DNA of 64,000 nucleotides, taken from Bdellovibrionota bacterium. Its GTDB lineage: Bacteria > Bdellovibrionota_C > UBA2361 > JBGSMV01. Each line of letters opens with the position of its first letter. Position 1 is the stretch's first letter. Location: assembly GCA_041739995.1 (NCBI GenBank), contig JBGSMV010000046.1, forward strand, positions 1 through 64,000, read 5' to 3'. Both the position numbers and the translations under genes were made by a program. Positions 8,353-19,258 of the stretch are shown here, piece after piece. The notes below the pieces were generated by a model. It ran no database searches and was not told the origin of the DNA. It saw only the letters and a program-made list of their open reading frames with translations.

Positions 8353-9643
8353 CCAGTACCTTATTCGCCACTCGGCTCTTATAAGACGTAGTGATTTCTT
8401 CTTGGCGTCCGTTTCTATCCACCAACCAAGCGCGATTGGTATCAAGGTCGAACGCATCTTGAGCAAAGTTACCGACGATTAGATCCGCTCCTTTTGCAAT
8501 AAGTTTGCGGTGTGCCTCGGCGACCAAATCTTCGACTTCGCCGGTTTCGACCGCAAAGCCTACGATTAGCGGCCGTGGCTCTCCTCCCGTGGCTACTATT
8601 TGGCGCTTACGAGCGCCAAGTGAAGCCAAGATGTCCGGGTTCTCAGTCAAAGTTACACTGGGAACACCTTCTGCTTTCTTCAGCTTTCCTTCAGATCTTT
8701 GGACAGGTCTGTAATCAGCAACTGCGGCGGCCATAAGCACCATGTCCGGAGGGCGAAATGCAGAGCGCGTTGCTTGTTGCGGAGGACTCTTTTCTGAACC
8801 TGCATCTGGACCAAAGGTAAGGCTCAGCATCACGTCATGCATTTGTTGCGCCGACTCAACCTGAATACGGTGAACGGCATCAGGCACTCGAACAGGAATC
8901 GGCCCGTGTACCAACGTCACTTCAGCACCGCGACGATAGGCTTCTCGCGCAAGCGCGATACCCATCTTTCCAGAACTGCGATTTGAGATATAGCGCACCG
9001 GATCAATATACTCTCTAGTCGGCCCCGTGGTGACAATCACGTGCTTGCCGGCCAAGTCATTAGGGGACAACGCGCGACGGCACTGATAAAAAATCTGGTG
9101 CGGCTCGGCTAAGCGCCCCGCCCCATTCCATCCACAAGCCAACGCGCCCTCGCCGGGATCTACAATTTGCACTCCACGAGCACGGAGAGTCGCAATATTT
9201 TCCTGCGTCTTCTCATGCTCGTACATGTTTACATTCATGGCAGGGGCCACGAGCATCGGCGCTTTTGTGGCGAGTGCCACGGCTAACAACGGACTGTCAG
9301 CAAATCCGCAAGCGAGTTTGGCAATCGTATCGGCAGTCGCTGGTGCAATCACTAACAACTGTGCCCAGTCGGCGAGTTGAATGTGTCCTATCCCAGAGGC
9401 CTCGGATGAATCCCAGAATCCAGTGGTAACAGGACTCCCGGTCACCGCGCCAAGCGTCATTGCCGAGACGAATTCCTCCGCCGAAGAGGTCATGACACAA
9501 CGCACTTCGTAGCCCCAAGACACCATCAAGCGCGCCAATTCAGCCGCCTTGTAAGCGGCGATTGAGCCCGTAACTCCCAACACGACGCGACGCTTTTCCG
9601 TCAGGTCGTGAATTTGGTTCTTATGCCATGTATTTTCAGCCAT
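8333..9643 (-). CDS. coaBC: Bifunctional phosphopantothenoylcysteine decarboxylase/ligase
   Basis: LGVTGSIAAYK, HIQLA, APATAD, PAMNVNM, LACG..G.GRL, TGPTRE.IDPVRYISNRSSGKMG, AAVADY, VGFAVET. Confidence 0.97.
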   Translation of the reverse strand: MAENTWHKNQIHDLTEKRRVVLGVTGSIAAYKAAELARLMVSWGYEVRCVMTSSAEEFVSAMTLGAVTGSPVTTGFWDSSEASGIGHIQLADWAQLLVIAPATADTIAKLACGFADSPLLAVALATKAPMLVAPAMNVNMYEHEKTQENIATLRARGVQIVDPGEGALACGWNGAGRLAEPHQIFYQCRRALSPNDLAGKHVIVTTGPTREYIDPVRYISNRSSGKMGIALAREAYRRGAEVTLVHGPIPVRVPDAVHRIQVESAQQMHDVMLSLTFGPDAGSEKSPPQQATRSAFRPPDMVLMAAAVADYRPVQRSEGKLKKAEGVPSVTLTENPDILASLGARKRQIVATGGEPRPLIVGFAVETGEVEDLVAEAHRKLIAKGADLIVGNFAQDAFDLDTNRAWLVDRNGRQEEITTSYKSRVANKVLDAAARL

Positions 9644-9656
9644 CGACTAAGCCCCT

Positions 9657-10307
9657 TTACGAAAAGGCACCGACAAGAAAAGGATTGCTTTGGCGCTCCT
9701 CACCCAGAGTTGTATCAGGTCCGTGCCCACTGAGCACTCTAGTCTCCATCGGTAAGCGCTTCATCAGTTGATCAATGCTTTTGAGCAAAGTTTCGTGGTC
9801 TCCTCCGGGCAGGTCTGTGCGTCCAATCGACCCCTGGAACAACACATCCCCTCCCAGCAGCACTCCAGCCTCAGGCTGATAGAAACATACGTGCCCCGGG
9901 GAATGCCCTGGGGTGAAAATGACCTGGAAATCATGGTTCGCAAACCGTAGCACTTCACCACCTTGTACATAGGTATCTGGCTCAGGAGCATTCTCAAAGC
10001 CCGCAGACGGCAGACCATACATCTGACAGATTTGGACAACGTGCTTTCGCATGTCCTTCTCGAGGGGATGCCCGATTAGCTTAGCACCAGTACGCCGAAT
10101 GATTTCAGCGACTCCGCCAACATGGTCCAGATGTGAGTGTGTGAGCCATACCTCTTTAACTGAGACTCCCGCTGCCTCAGCAGATTTGAGGATGCGTTCA
10201 GGCTCTCCTCCGGGATCTATAAGTAAGCCAACCCCCGCTTCAATGTCCGAGATTAACCTGGCGTTCTGGGAAAACGGTGTAACGGGGATCGTTTCAATTC
10301 GTAACAC
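9657..10307 (-). CDS. MBL-fold metallo-hydrolase (YcbL/GloC-like)
   Basis: THSHLDHVGG, TPGHSPG, GDVLFQGSIGRTDLPGG, SGHG. Confidence 0.92.
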   Translation of the reverse strand: MLRIETIPVTPFSQNARLISDIEAGVGLLIDPGGEPERILKSAEAAGVSVKEVWLTHSHLDHVGGVAEIIRRTGAKLIGHPLEKDMRKHVVQICQMYGLPSAGFENAPEPDTYVQGGEVLRFANHDFQVIFTPGHSPGHVCFYQPEAGVLLGGDVLFQGSIGRTDLPGGDHETLLKSIDQLMKRLPMETRVLSGHGPDTTLGEERQSNPFLVGAFS

Positions 10308-10612
10308 GAGCTAATAACCCTCTCTTAGTAAGTACTCTCAGCAACGACCCCATTTCCTCACCAATCAGTCATGAAATGCAAATGCTTTAGGCACCTTGGA
10401 TATGGGCCCGAACAGCCGTACTACCAAAGGTGATTAGAATCAAACTCTGTTTTAGAAAGTGGTGTTCTCTGGTCGATAGACGAATACCGGAATTGTTCGG
10501 GGTAACAAGGATCGAAAGACCTCGACCAGGAATCTAATGCCTCGAATGAAGCGAGATATTTCGCCTCAAAAAGGCTTGCCGCGAAAGCGATGGTTGAGGA
10601 GCTCCTTTTCGA

Positions 10613-12028
10613 ATGAATGAACGTCTGGAACGCGGTGTGAGTTATGCCCTGCAAGGCTGGGCACCCGTCTCCGATTCGGTTATCCGAGACGTTCGTCTGC
10701 GCGCCTCCCAAGGTGAGTATAGAAACGATACCTCACTGGCGATGAAAGATGTACGTCGCGACCCGACGCTTGCCCTGCTGGTACTCAAGCGGCTTTCTGA
10801 AACAGCAGCTGTGCGAGGTGACCTACAAAGCAATCTTTCTGAAATTTTTTCCAAAAATGGCGAACGAACGCTTTCCGATATTTTGGAATCAACGCCCGAA
10901 ATTTGCTCAAACCATCGTCTGACCGACGCCACTCCCGAGCAACTTGCATGCATTACGCGCAGTGCGATTGCGGCTTCAGCAAGCGAGAGTATCGGCGAGC
11001 ACACCGGCATCTCTCCACATGCCGCGTTCGTCACCTCTAGCTTGCGACAGATGGGACACATCTTGATTGCATGGAACTATCCGCACCTCTACCAACGAGT
11101 GCTTAAAGAACGCAGTCCGGACGCAAACGTAGATCAATCTCTCACTGCTCTTCTGGGCTTTAGCCCTACGTTGTTGGCGGTTACCATCGCGCAGCGTTGG
11201 CACTTCACCCCAAGCACCTGCGCGGCACTCGGCGACGAACAAGCGATAGAGCTGCTCTCCGCCGAAGAGCAAATGAAGAGCGAAGCGCTTCGGCAAATTT
11301 GCGAAGCTGGCGAGGCACTCGCGCGTTCGATGTACCCCGAGCACTTTCCAGATGCGGAGCGCGACTGGCAGGATGCGTCAGCCTTTATTCGCGCCAAGCT
11401 CGGACCAAGCGGCATGCGCGCCGTGCTCTCCTCGGTTCGTACCTATCTCACTGAGTTTCAAGGCCACACGCCACAAGTCACCACGCTGCCAAGCCGATTA
11501 ACGGTTCAACGCGATGACACAGAAGCCCCGGTTCTTAAAACTAAAACCAACAAGCACATTCGAGCGTGCCCCCCTGCGCTTGCCGCTATTATCGAAGATA
11601 TCTATGAACAGATGCCGCACAACGGCGTCAGTCGAGATGCCCTTGATGCTCTTTTGAAGCAAGCTATTCCCTTGGCTGGTTTCGATCGTGGTGGACTCTA
11701 CCTACTGGACCCCGATTCCATGTTGTTACGACCACGAGTGCCAATCGGAACGATAGAACTCACCGACCTTGCATCCCATGCCTTTTCGGGACGTTCACGG
11801 TCTGCAATCAGCGCGGCCCTGCATTCATTGCTGCCGTATGAGGGTCATTCGTCAGAAATTGACGGAACAACCCGAAGTATTATTGCAGGAGCACTTGGCG
11901 TCGAGCACAAATCAGGCGTGCTCTACCTCGAAGTGGGCGAACAACTCAGCATGCGTCCGGCCGAAGAACGATTGTCCATCTTCAAAGCGCTGCGACAAGC
12001 GCTCAATGACATTTTGCGCCTCGAATAA
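10613..12028 (+). CDS. HDOD-domain signalling protein with a C-terminal GAF-like region
   Basis: DPTLAL.VLK, AF..SSLRQMGHIL (degenerate LHDIG), AQRWHF; C-terminal GFDRGGLYLLD...GVLYLE. Confidence 0.7.
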   Translation: MNERLERGVSYALQGWAPVSDSVIRDVRLRASQGEYRNDTSLAMKDVRRDPTLALLVLKRLSETAAVRGDLQSNLSEIFSKNGERTLSDILESTPEICSNHRLTDATPEQLACITRSAIAASASESIGEHTGISPHAAFVTSSLRQMGHILIAWNYPHLYQRVLKERSPDANVDQSLTALLGFSPTLLAVTIAQRWHFTPSTCAALGDEQAIELLSAEEQMKSEALRQICEAGEALARSMYPEHFPDAERDWQDASAFIRAKLGPSGMRAVLSSVRTYLTEFQGHTPQVTTLPSRLTVQRDDTEAPVLKTKTNKHIRACPPALAAIIEDIYEQMPHNGVSRDALDALLKQAIPLAGFDRGGLYLLDPDSMLLRPRVPIGTIELTDLASHAFSGRSRSAISAALHSLLPYEGHSSEIDGTTRSIIAGALGVEHKSGVLYLEVGEQLSMRPAEERLSIFKALRQALNDILRLE

Positions 12029-12057
12029 CGCCGAAATCTGGCCTCTCGCTTCGTTTC

Positions 12058-12801
12058 TTATGTCGCCATGTCTTGCGGGTGAAGAAATTGATAGCCCACG
12101 CCTCGTACCGAGCGAATCGCCGCAGTCGACTCACCAGGAAGTATCTGCCTTAGTCGCACGATAGCATTGTCCACCGAACGCATCGCCGGAGAAGTTTCCC
12201 CCTCCCACACTCGCTGAACTATCTCCTCCCTACTCAGCACCCTGGGAGACGCGTCAACAAGCAGGCACAGTAGAATAAAATCTTTGGTCGGCGGTTGTAT
12301 CCGCGCACCGCCAGCCAACACCACAGTAAACGCCGGGCGATCAAGCGAAAAAAGCCCGCGGGTCGGATCTCTTCGGGCTCGTGTTGAACGCTGACCACCT
12401 TGCTCGGCATCCAGAGGCAGCACGCGCTGAATCCTGAGAATAAGCTCCTTTAAATGAAAAGGCTTCGGAATATAATCTTCGGCGCCAAGCTCAAACCCTT
12501 CGAGGCGATATTCAGGCGAGCTCATGGCAGTGAGAAAAATGATAGGCACTTGCGACACAAGCCGAAGGTCCCGGGCCAGGTCGAGCCCCGACCCGTCAGG
12601 CAGTCCAATATCTAGCACCGCAAGGTCCACCTGAGGCGGATTCCCTGACTTAGTACCGCCATCCGTCACGCCCTTGCACCAACGCATCGCCTCAGCGCGC
12701 GTTTGTACCCAATGGATCGCATAGCCTTCACGCGAAAGGCGTTCCGATAGAGTCGCTCCAAGACTTTCGTCGTCCTCTACTAAAAGTATCTGTAACGCCA
12801 T
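12058..12801 (-). CDS. OmpR-family response regulator
   Basis: ILLVEDD, LDIGLPDGSG, FLTA, DYIPKPF, winged helix VDNAIVRLR..SVRGVGY. Confidence 0.95.
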   Translation of the reverse strand: MALQILLVEDDESLGATLSERLSREGYAIHWVQTRAEAMRWCKGVTDGGTKSGNPPQVDLAVLDIGLPDGSGLDLARDLRLVSQVPIIFLTAMSSPEYRLEGFELGAEDYIPKPFHLKELILRIQRVLPLDAEQGGQRSTRARRDPTRGLFSLDRPAFTVVLAGGARIQPPTKDFILLCLLVDASPRVLSREEIVQRVWEGETSPAMRSVDNAIVRLRQILPGESTAAIRSVRGVGYQFLHPQDMAT

Positions 12802-12844
12802 CGAAGATTCCCTGTAACTCGCATGCAGATAAGATCTGCATTCC

Positions 12845-13792
12845 TCATATGCCAGAGACGCTCCCTCGCATTCTGAGCTGCACCACAAACTCATGCTCAC
12901 TTGGAACGATAGTCACCGATCCCCCCATTTCGGCCATGAGCGTTCGAACCAAATGGAGCCCGATACCACTACCACTACCTTGATAGAATCTCTGGAATAA
13001 CTGTCCAAGCTTGGAAGCATCGCCAACGAACGGCGTCCCATCGTTCCGAACGGTAAGCAGGACCCAGCCCTGTTCAGGAACGCTGGCGGCAACATCAATA
13101 TTTCGAGCCTTGCCATGCGATATCGCATTTTGAAACAGGTTCAAAAACACGCTCTCCAGCGCACGTCGGTCTGCCTGCACTTCAACGCCGGGCACACAAA
13201 CAACCGTCAAATGCGGCCAGTGTTCTGCCAAAGCGCCCACCAACGGAGTCAGAGCCACTAATTCCATTCTGAGGGCGCGATCCTCGGTGAGAGTCTCAGA
13301 GCCCGCGGCGAGACGTCCCCCTCGCAAGAGTCCGCTGCGTCCGCTGAGCAGGTCGGCAAGAAAAAGCGAGTTATCAAGCTGCAACGTCAGACGTGCAGTG
13401 TCAGCCACGAGCCTCCCGAGTAGTCGCTGAACATCCGCAGGCGCATCGGAGAGATCTTCACGCAGGGCCTCCGCTTGAAGACGAAGACTCGCAAGTGGAG
13501 TTTTTAACTCGTGGGTGAATGTCGCCAGGAACTTCTGGACTTGCTCAGCCTCTCGGCGCTCCCTCATCATAAAGTAGCCAAGCGCCCCGGCACCTGCGGT
13601 AAGAAGGAGAAATAAGGCTCCGCCTTCCCACAGCAGCATCTTCTGCTGTCGAACCATCCGGGCTTTATCCGCATGGTCGAGCTCCATGAGGTTATCAATC
13701 TGTTGTAATCCAAAGATGACCCACCATCCCGTCAAGGAAACGGTGAAAAGGAACCATGCTGCCGCCACCAAATAACGCAGAGAACGAAACAT
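12845..13792 (-). CDS. Membrane sensor histidine kinase
   Basis: Two TM helices, THELKTPL H-box, NLFQNA, NDG, GSGIGL. Confidence 0.93.
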   Translation of the reverse strand: MFRSLRYLVAAAWFLFTVSLTGWWVIFGLQQIDNLMELDHADKARMVRQQKMLLWEGGALFLLLTAGAGALGYFMMRERREAEQVQKFLATFTHELKTPLASLRLQAEALREDLSDAPADVQRLLGRLVADTARLTLQLDNSLFLADLLSGRSGLLRGGRLAAGSETLTEDRALRMELVALTPLVGALAEHWPHLTVVCVPGVEVQADRRALESVFLNLFQNAISHGKARNIDVAASVPEQGWVLLTVRNDGTPFVGDASKLGQLFQRFYQGSGSGIGLHLVRTLMAEMGGSVTIVPSEHEFVVQLRMRGSVSGI

Positions 13793-13934
13793 TTTTGCAC
13801 GTGGAATCAACCGTCTTGGCACCTGATATCTCGTTGAGTAGAGGTTTCGAATGTTGCTGGACTTCTACCTGTCAGAGTTTACCACGGCAACTTACCGTCG
13901 CGGCGGAATCTTTGGTAGAAGCTGACTGGTTAAA

Positions 13935-13974
13935 ATCGCCCTGTTGAACCCTGAGAGATGTAGACCAGGGCGAT
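13935..13974 (-). terminator. Hairpin downstream of the tonB-like gene
   Basis: ATCGCCCTG...CAGGGCGAT 9-bp inverted repeat, followed by T residues on the minus strand. Confidence 0.4.
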
Positions 13975-13981
13975 ACCGGAA

Positions 13982-14749
13982 TTATCTGAGCTGGTAGGAT
14001 ACCGCGACACGCTCCCGCCATGCGACGGCAAACCCGTTCATTCGCGCTGGAGAGAACCTCCAGCTAGCGAGGATGGTCTCGCGTGCGGACTCATCGCAGT
14101 CCTCGCGACCTGATGATACAGAGACCTGAGCATCCCCTACGGACCCATCGACATCGACCAGAATGTCGAGCACCACCCGCCCCTCAAACTGCGCTCGTCT
14201 TGCTGCTCTCGGATATTGGGGTCGCGGACTACTCAGCAGACGTGGGCCATCGCCAACCCCTCGCAGAGACCCGCGCGCTCCTCCAGAAGCCGCGGCCGCT
14301 TCAGCACCGCTCGCAGAATCGCTGCCACTTGCGGTGTCGCTGTTCGATACACCCGCAGCATCATTTTTTACTGGAGCTTTTACGGGAACGAGCTTCGCAG
14401 GTGGATTACTGACAGGCTTTCTAGCCGGCGGTGGTTTCGGCTGTACAGGATCAGTTTTCTGAATTCGCAGAGTCAGCTCCGGCTCAGTAGGAACCTCAGG
14501 CATGATCGTCTGAGCGACTTCATCTCGTGCCTTAAGACTCTGCTCAACTAAATCTCGCTGGCGCTCATCGCCCTCAGAGTTCAGGGCTTCACCCTCTTGA
14601 GCATTCACTACTGACACGATGAAGGTTTCTCCCCCGTCACCGCCCCCATCGAGCAAGACCGGCGGAGTGATCGACGAGCCAAACAGCCCGACCGCGAAAA
14701 TCGCGTGCAATCCTACCGAAAATAGCAAGCCCAGCGTGGAATTACTCAT
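13982..14749 (-). CDS. tonB: Energy transducer TonB family protein
   Basis: N-terminal TM helix with SVGLH, Pro-rich linker, PQYP..ARRAQFEGRV, SSG, WRFSPA. Confidence 0.9.
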   Translation of the reverse strand: MSNSTLGLLFSVGLHAIFAVGLFGSSITPPVLLDGGGDGGETFIVSVVNAQEGEALNSEGDERQRDLVEQSLKARDEVAQTIMPEVPTEPELTLRIQKTDPVQPKPPPARKPVSNPPAKLVPVKAPVKNDAAGVSNSDTASGSDSASGAEAAAASGGARGSLRGVGDGPRLLSSPRPQYPRAARRAQFEGRVVLDILVDVDGSVGDAQVSVSSGREDCDESARETILASWRFSPARMNGFAVAWRERVAVSYQLR

Positions 14750-15037
14750 CCCCCCATTAAACCACGCCGCGCAGACCTGTCGCACCCATCGGGAGCAATT
14801 TCTCCAGAAAGCACTGCCGCCAAACGTGAAAAAATCGCTCTCTAAGAGCGAATTGTCATGCCTTTGTCACGAAGCATCGGTGTTCCTCGTGCGATTCACG
14901 ATCTTCCCGTTAATGACCGCCTCTGAATCTATTGACCGAGAGTCGCTGATTGCTGGAAGGTCTCGGCATCGAGAATAGCGAACTCGCCATTTCGTCATGT
15001 TCGCCGCTTTCGATTTTCTCAAGTTCAAGGAGTGCCC

Positions 15038-17293
15038 ATGATTCTTCGCTCGGTGTTTTTAAGCCCTATCGGTCTGATTTCCCGGTTCAATTCTTCACTT
15101 AGATCTCCACACGCAAAGCTATCGTTAGCATTTGCCGGTGCAATGGCATTTGGAATTGGCGCAGCAAGTGTCTCCTGGGCTCAAGAGGACGTAACGCCTG
15201 AAGAGAGAAAGCCTCTAGAAATATTCGTTACCGCAGGGCGCGGGCTTGAACAGTCTCCCCTAGACGTGCCGCAATCGATTGACACAATCACCGCCGAGCA
15301 GATAGGAGCCCAAGAATACGCCGACGTTGAAGACATTATTCGTCGAGTCCCGGGCGTTGGGCTCGCGCCGAGTGAAGGAAATCCAAATTACTGGCAGGAA
15401 GGCTTCACCATTCGTGGTCTTGGTGCTCAGCGCGTACTGACGCTCACCGATGGTATCCGTCAGGCTGGCCAAGGCATTGGCTACGGCGGTGGCAACCTGG
15501 GCCTTTATGACACTATCGGGATTGAAAGAATTGAAATTCTTCGTGGACCAGCTTCTGTGTTGTACGGCACCGACGCCTTCGGCGGCGTGGTAAACATTAT
15601 CACCCGTGAGCCAACGCGGCGCGAGGAGTTCGGTCTGAATGGGGCAATGCGCTATGGCTATGATGGTCAATTTGACCGTAATCGAGCGGGCGGCTACGTC
15701 GATTTTGGTGAAGATGCTTACGCCGTTGTGGTCGGTGGTAGTTATACCCGACAGAATGAACCGCAGCTTCGTGACGGCGAGGACCCAAACCAGGGCTCGT
15801 ATCGCCAGGTTGGCCTCTTCGGAAAAGCAGATTTTTTTCTAACCGAAGACACCACTGTGCGTTTCATTGCGAACAACACCAGAAACTCTGATGTGCTGGT
15901 CACCCGCGATACTATCTCACTACCGATCGCGACTTTTGGCCCTCCAGGGTCATCGGAGCTTATCACTAATCCTCTATACTTCAGTTTTCCAAAGTATCAG
16001 CGCACCATGACGGGCGTCGAGATGACAGTCGACGATGTTGACGCTTCTTGGAAGGAATTCAAAACTGGCCTCTATTGGCAACAGATTAGTCGCGAGTTTT
16101 ATCGTGAGACAGCGGCATATCCGCAGTTTAATCCTGGCTTCGCTGGTCCTCCCACCTTCATTAACCCTTCAGCGACCATTGTCGCCGAGCGCACCAAAAC
16201 TGATGACACGGTCAATGTATTCGAGTCTCAGTCCCAAGGTCGATTTGAACTTGGTGACCACACACTCACGGTCGGTCTCGACTTAGGCTACGACGATTCT
16301 GATCTGCCTGAAGACGTCGAGACGGAGATTGTTGCACAAGCCGGCTTTGGCGCAGTGATGAGACCACCCACCACAGTTTCGCGCACACGTGCTGATGCTG
16401 ACCAAGTAAGAGGCGGAATTTATGCCCAAGACAACTGGGACTTGGGTCAGTTTGAACTTGTTCACGGTGCTCGCTTTGACTATTTCGAAGTGAACGATTC
16501 GATCAGTGACTTCGATGACAGCGTTGCGGGAGTCAGTGGATCCGCCGGGGCAGTTTACAAGCGCACCGATGAACACTCGATCTACCTTAACGTCGCCACT
16601 GGATTTCGTGCTCCTGATTTAGGAGAGCGTTTTCAAGACGGTGTCGTGAACTTAGGGGTACCGTCGCGGGTTATTGGTAACCCCGATATTGATCCTGAGC
16701 GTTCGTACACCTCAGAAATTGGTACCAAGTATGATGACGGCTTCTTCAACGCCGAGCTCGCTGGGTATGCCACACGCATCATAGATTATATTGGACGAGT
16801 ACCAGTCGGTATAATGGATGGGTTTTCAACTGAGATGATCGATAACGTCGGAGACATTACGCTCTACGGCTTTGAGTTCGCTACGAGCGCCCCGGTTTGC
16901 GATCTCTTCGAAGTGTACTTCAATGTTTCTCGTACTTGGACTAACCAGTCGGATAAGATTGATGTTCCCGGTGTGACCTTCAACTACGGCCTGTTCAGAG
17001 ATTTTGAGATGAGCTCTGAGACGCTTGAAAGAGTGCGTACGGGCTTGAACTTCCGTACTGTGGGCCCGTCAAACGACGATACAGTCACCCCTGGACGACC
17101 TCAGTTCCCTGGTCAGGCGGACTTCACCGTGGTGGATTTTGAACTCAACTTCTACCTCACCCAAATGTCCTTCGGCAAAGCGTCGATTGTAAGCGGCGTT
17201 AAGAACCTGTTCGACAAAGACTACCGCGAGCCATTCTTTGATGTGCTCCAACCTGCACGTAACGCCTATGCGGCGATACAGGTTGACTTCTAA
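15038..17293 (+). CDS. TonB-dependent outer membrane receptor (substrate unknown; heme or siderophore type possible)
   Basis: Plug motifs FTIRGLG, IERIEILRGPASVLYG.DAFGGVVNIIT; FRAP, NPDIDPE, KNLFDK.Y; C-terminal F. Confidence 0.93.
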   Translation: MILRSVFLSPIGLISRFNSSLRSPHAKLSLAFAGAMAFGIGAASVSWAQEDVTPEERKPLEIFVTAGRGLEQSPLDVPQSIDTITAEQIGAQEYADVEDIIRRVPGVGLAPSEGNPNYWQEGFTIRGLGAQRVLTLTDGIRQAGQGIGYGGGNLGLYDTIGIERIEILRGPASVLYGTDAFGGVVNIITREPTRREEFGLNGAMRYGYDGQFDRNRAGGYVDFGEDAYAVVVGGSYTRQNEPQLRDGEDPNQGSYRQVGLFGKADFFLTEDTTVRFIANNTRNSDVLVTRDTISLPIATFGPPGSSELITNPLYFSFPKYQRTMTGVEMTVDDVDASWKEFKTGLYWQQISREFYRETAAYPQFNPGFAGPPTFINPSATIVAERTKTDDTVNVFESQSQGRFELGDHTLTVGLDLGYDDSDLPEDVETEIVAQAGFGAVMRPPTTVSRTRADADQVRGGIYAQDNWDLGQFELVHGARFDYFEVNDSISDFDDSVAGVSGSAGAVYKRTDEHSIYLNVATGFRAPDLGERFQDGVVNLGVPSRVIGNPDIDPERSYTSEIGTKYDDGFFNAELAGYATRIIDYIGRVPVGIMDGFSTEMIDNVGDITLYGFEFATSAPVCDLFEVYFNVSRTWTNQSDKIDVPGVTFNYGLFRDFEMSSETLERVRTGLNFRTVGPSNDDTVTPGRPQFPGQADFTVVDFELNFYLTQMSFGKASIVSGVKNLFDKDYREPFFDVLQPARNAYAAIQVDF

Positions 17294-17539
17294 GCTCGGC
17301 GCAAACCCAACACTTAACGAGTCGCTTGCCTTGGCGTGATATTCGCTCTCGAGTATCACCCCAAGGCGGGCTCGTTCCGAGTTCGCGGCATAGGTAGCGC
17401 GGAACTACACCTTTATGTATGCTCTGCCCCCTCTGGAACGCCCCTAGCAACTTGCTTTGCGGAATTCCTTTGAAGTACAAGGTTCAAAAGCAAAACAGCC
17501 ACGAGCATTTTATACTTTTATTCTCTCTACAAGGAAGAC

Positions 17540-18454
17540 ATGAACTCCTCCCCGCTTTCCTCTGACCTACTTACCTCTGGTGATCGTGGCAGCCAACTCG
17601 CAGAATTCTTCTCCGGATATTTTAGATTATCAATGCTGCTGTTTGTATCGTCGTTAGCTATTTGTTCAATATTCTACGGGCATGCCTTTGCTGAGTCAGG
17701 ACCGGCGGGGACAGTGGCGTCCCAGGACGATGCTGCAGAACTGGCAAAAAAACTGCAGAACCCTATTGCCGATCTTATCAGTTTGCCTGTGCAAAATAAT
17801 TGGGACTTTGGAATCGGGCCAAAGGATGCCTACCGTTATACCGCTAATATTCAACCCGTTATTCCTATCTCAATTAGCGAGGACTGGAACGTAATCACCA
17901 GAACAATACTTCCAGTTATTCACGCTCAATCACCAGTCGACGGTCTCGACAGTACTACTGGTCTTGGTGACATGGTTCAAAGTTTCTTCTTCTCTCCTAA
18001 AGCACCGACTAGTAACGGTTGGGTTTGGGGTGCGGGGCCCGTCTTTTATTGGCCCACTTCTTCAGATCGGCTTCTTGGTTCAGGAAAGACCGGGGCGGGC
18101 CCGACTGCGGTGTTCTTGAAGCAGGATTCGGGTTGGACCTACGGACTACTCGCCAATCAAATATGGTCTTTCGCTGGGCCTGATACCTCAGCGGATATCA
18201 ACGCGACTTTTGCACAACCTTTCTTCTCATATACTACCAAGAGCTTCACCAGCCTCGGCCTTACGTCCGAGAGCACCTACAACTGGGAAGCAAGAGAATG
18301 GACAGTGCCTTTAAACGTCAACTTATCTCAACTCCTAAAAGTTGGTGGCATACCGATGCAATTTCTTATTGGGCCCCGCTTTTACCTCGATCGTCCTGAC
18401 GGCGGACCGAATTTTGGATTGCGCTTTATGGTCACTTTCTTGCTCCCGAAATAG
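17540..18454 (+). CDS. Putative outer-membrane beta-barrel protein ('neuromedin U'/transporter-like family)
   Basis: AELAKKLQNPIADLISLP.Q, NIQPVIP, GLGD, WGAGP, WTVPL. Confidence 0.75.
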   Translation: MNSSPLSSDLLTSGDRGSQLAEFFSGYFRLSMLLFVSSLAICSIFYGHAFAESGPAGTVASQDDAAELAKKLQNPIADLISLPVQNNWDFGIGPKDAYRYTANIQPVIPISISEDWNVITRTILPVIHAQSPVDGLDSTTGLGDMVQSFFFSPKAPTSNGWVWGAGPVFYWPTSSDRLLGSGKTGAGPTAVFLKQDSGWTYGLLANQIWSFAGPDTSADINATFAQPFFSYTTKSFTSLGLTSESTYNWEAREWTVPLNVNLSQLLKVGGIPMQFLIGPRFYLDRPDGGPNFGLRFMVTFLLPK

Positions 18455-18596
18455 TGGGGCCGCTACAAAGATTCGCTTCGCCAAAGGAGAAGAAACCTGC
18501 CCCGCGGATCTCGCGATGCTCAGTTAGAACGAGTCCAAACCTGTGTGGAAGATGAGCCCAGCGCGCCGGAGCCGAATGGCGACTCGGTATCAACAC

Positions 18597-19193
18597 CTAC
18601 CTCGACACCTTTGCGAAGGTTTTTAGCTGCAACAATTTGCCCTTAATGTCCAATAGCTCGGAACGAAACGGGCGAGAATCGGCGTATCGAACCACCTTCT
18701 GTTGGTCTTTGCCTGATTCAGTTGGTACCGCCCATAAATCACAATTGAGGCATAATAAAATCGTGAGAAATGGCGCGTCCGTGTGGCCAGGCATTCCAGG
18801 GGAAAACTCATGGAATGAAAATTTAATCCCGGGCTGGAAGGTGCAAGTCTTTAGCCTGTCTGCGATCGATAGCAGCGGCGCCTTCTCTAGGTAACCAACA
18901 ATCTTTAAAATTTCTTCCTTCGATAAGTAATGAGTTGTTTCCTGGGGCATTTCCTGACAGTGGTGCAGACTTGGGCAAAATGGGCAGGAATCGGGTGTCG
19001 AAATTGGCGTCGGAGCGAGAGCAACTCTCTTCCTCTCAGCCGCGTCCATAATCAAACTGACAGAGACCCATGGTGCATTCTTCAATTTTTCTAGTTGATC
19101 GGCAGAAAAAGCGGCTCCATTAGCTGATTCAGCGATTACGCGTAGAGGCACCAGGAGGAACAAGAGCAACAATATTCCACATTGGTGTTTCAT
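18597..19193 (-). CDS. Secreted Cys-rich hypothetical protein
   Basis: Signal peptide; CPFC..HHC, CTFQPG, CLNC. Confidence 0.65.
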   Translation of the reverse strand: MKHQCGILLLLFLLVPLRVIAESANGAAFSADQLEKLKNAPWVSVSLIMDAAERKRVALAPTPISTPDSCPFCPSLHHCQEMPQETTHYLSKEEILKIVGYLEKAPLLSIADRLKTCTFQPGIKFSFHEFSPGMPGHTDAPFLTILLCLNCDLWAVPTESGKDQQKVVRYADSRPFRSELLDIKGKLLQLKTFAKVSR

Positions 19194-19258
19194 CCACACA
19201 CTCAAATTTCCACCGCGAATCTAAACCGGCTTGCACTCGAATCATTCAAGCGAGGCTA

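Noticed and set aside
13935..13980. Possible TPP riboswitch (CTGAGA, TTGAACC words)
   Set aside because: The motifs are in the wrong order and there is no downstream thiamine gene; a simple hairpin explains it better.
14790..15037. Cobalamin riboswitch or Fur box upstream of the TonB-dependent receptor
   Set aside because: No B12-box/GGGAA core or convincing GATAATGAT-type palindrome is visible.
18455..19258. Solitary gene cassette around the Cys-rich secreted ORF
   Set aside because: No paired AAC/GTT attC-like structure was found on either flank.
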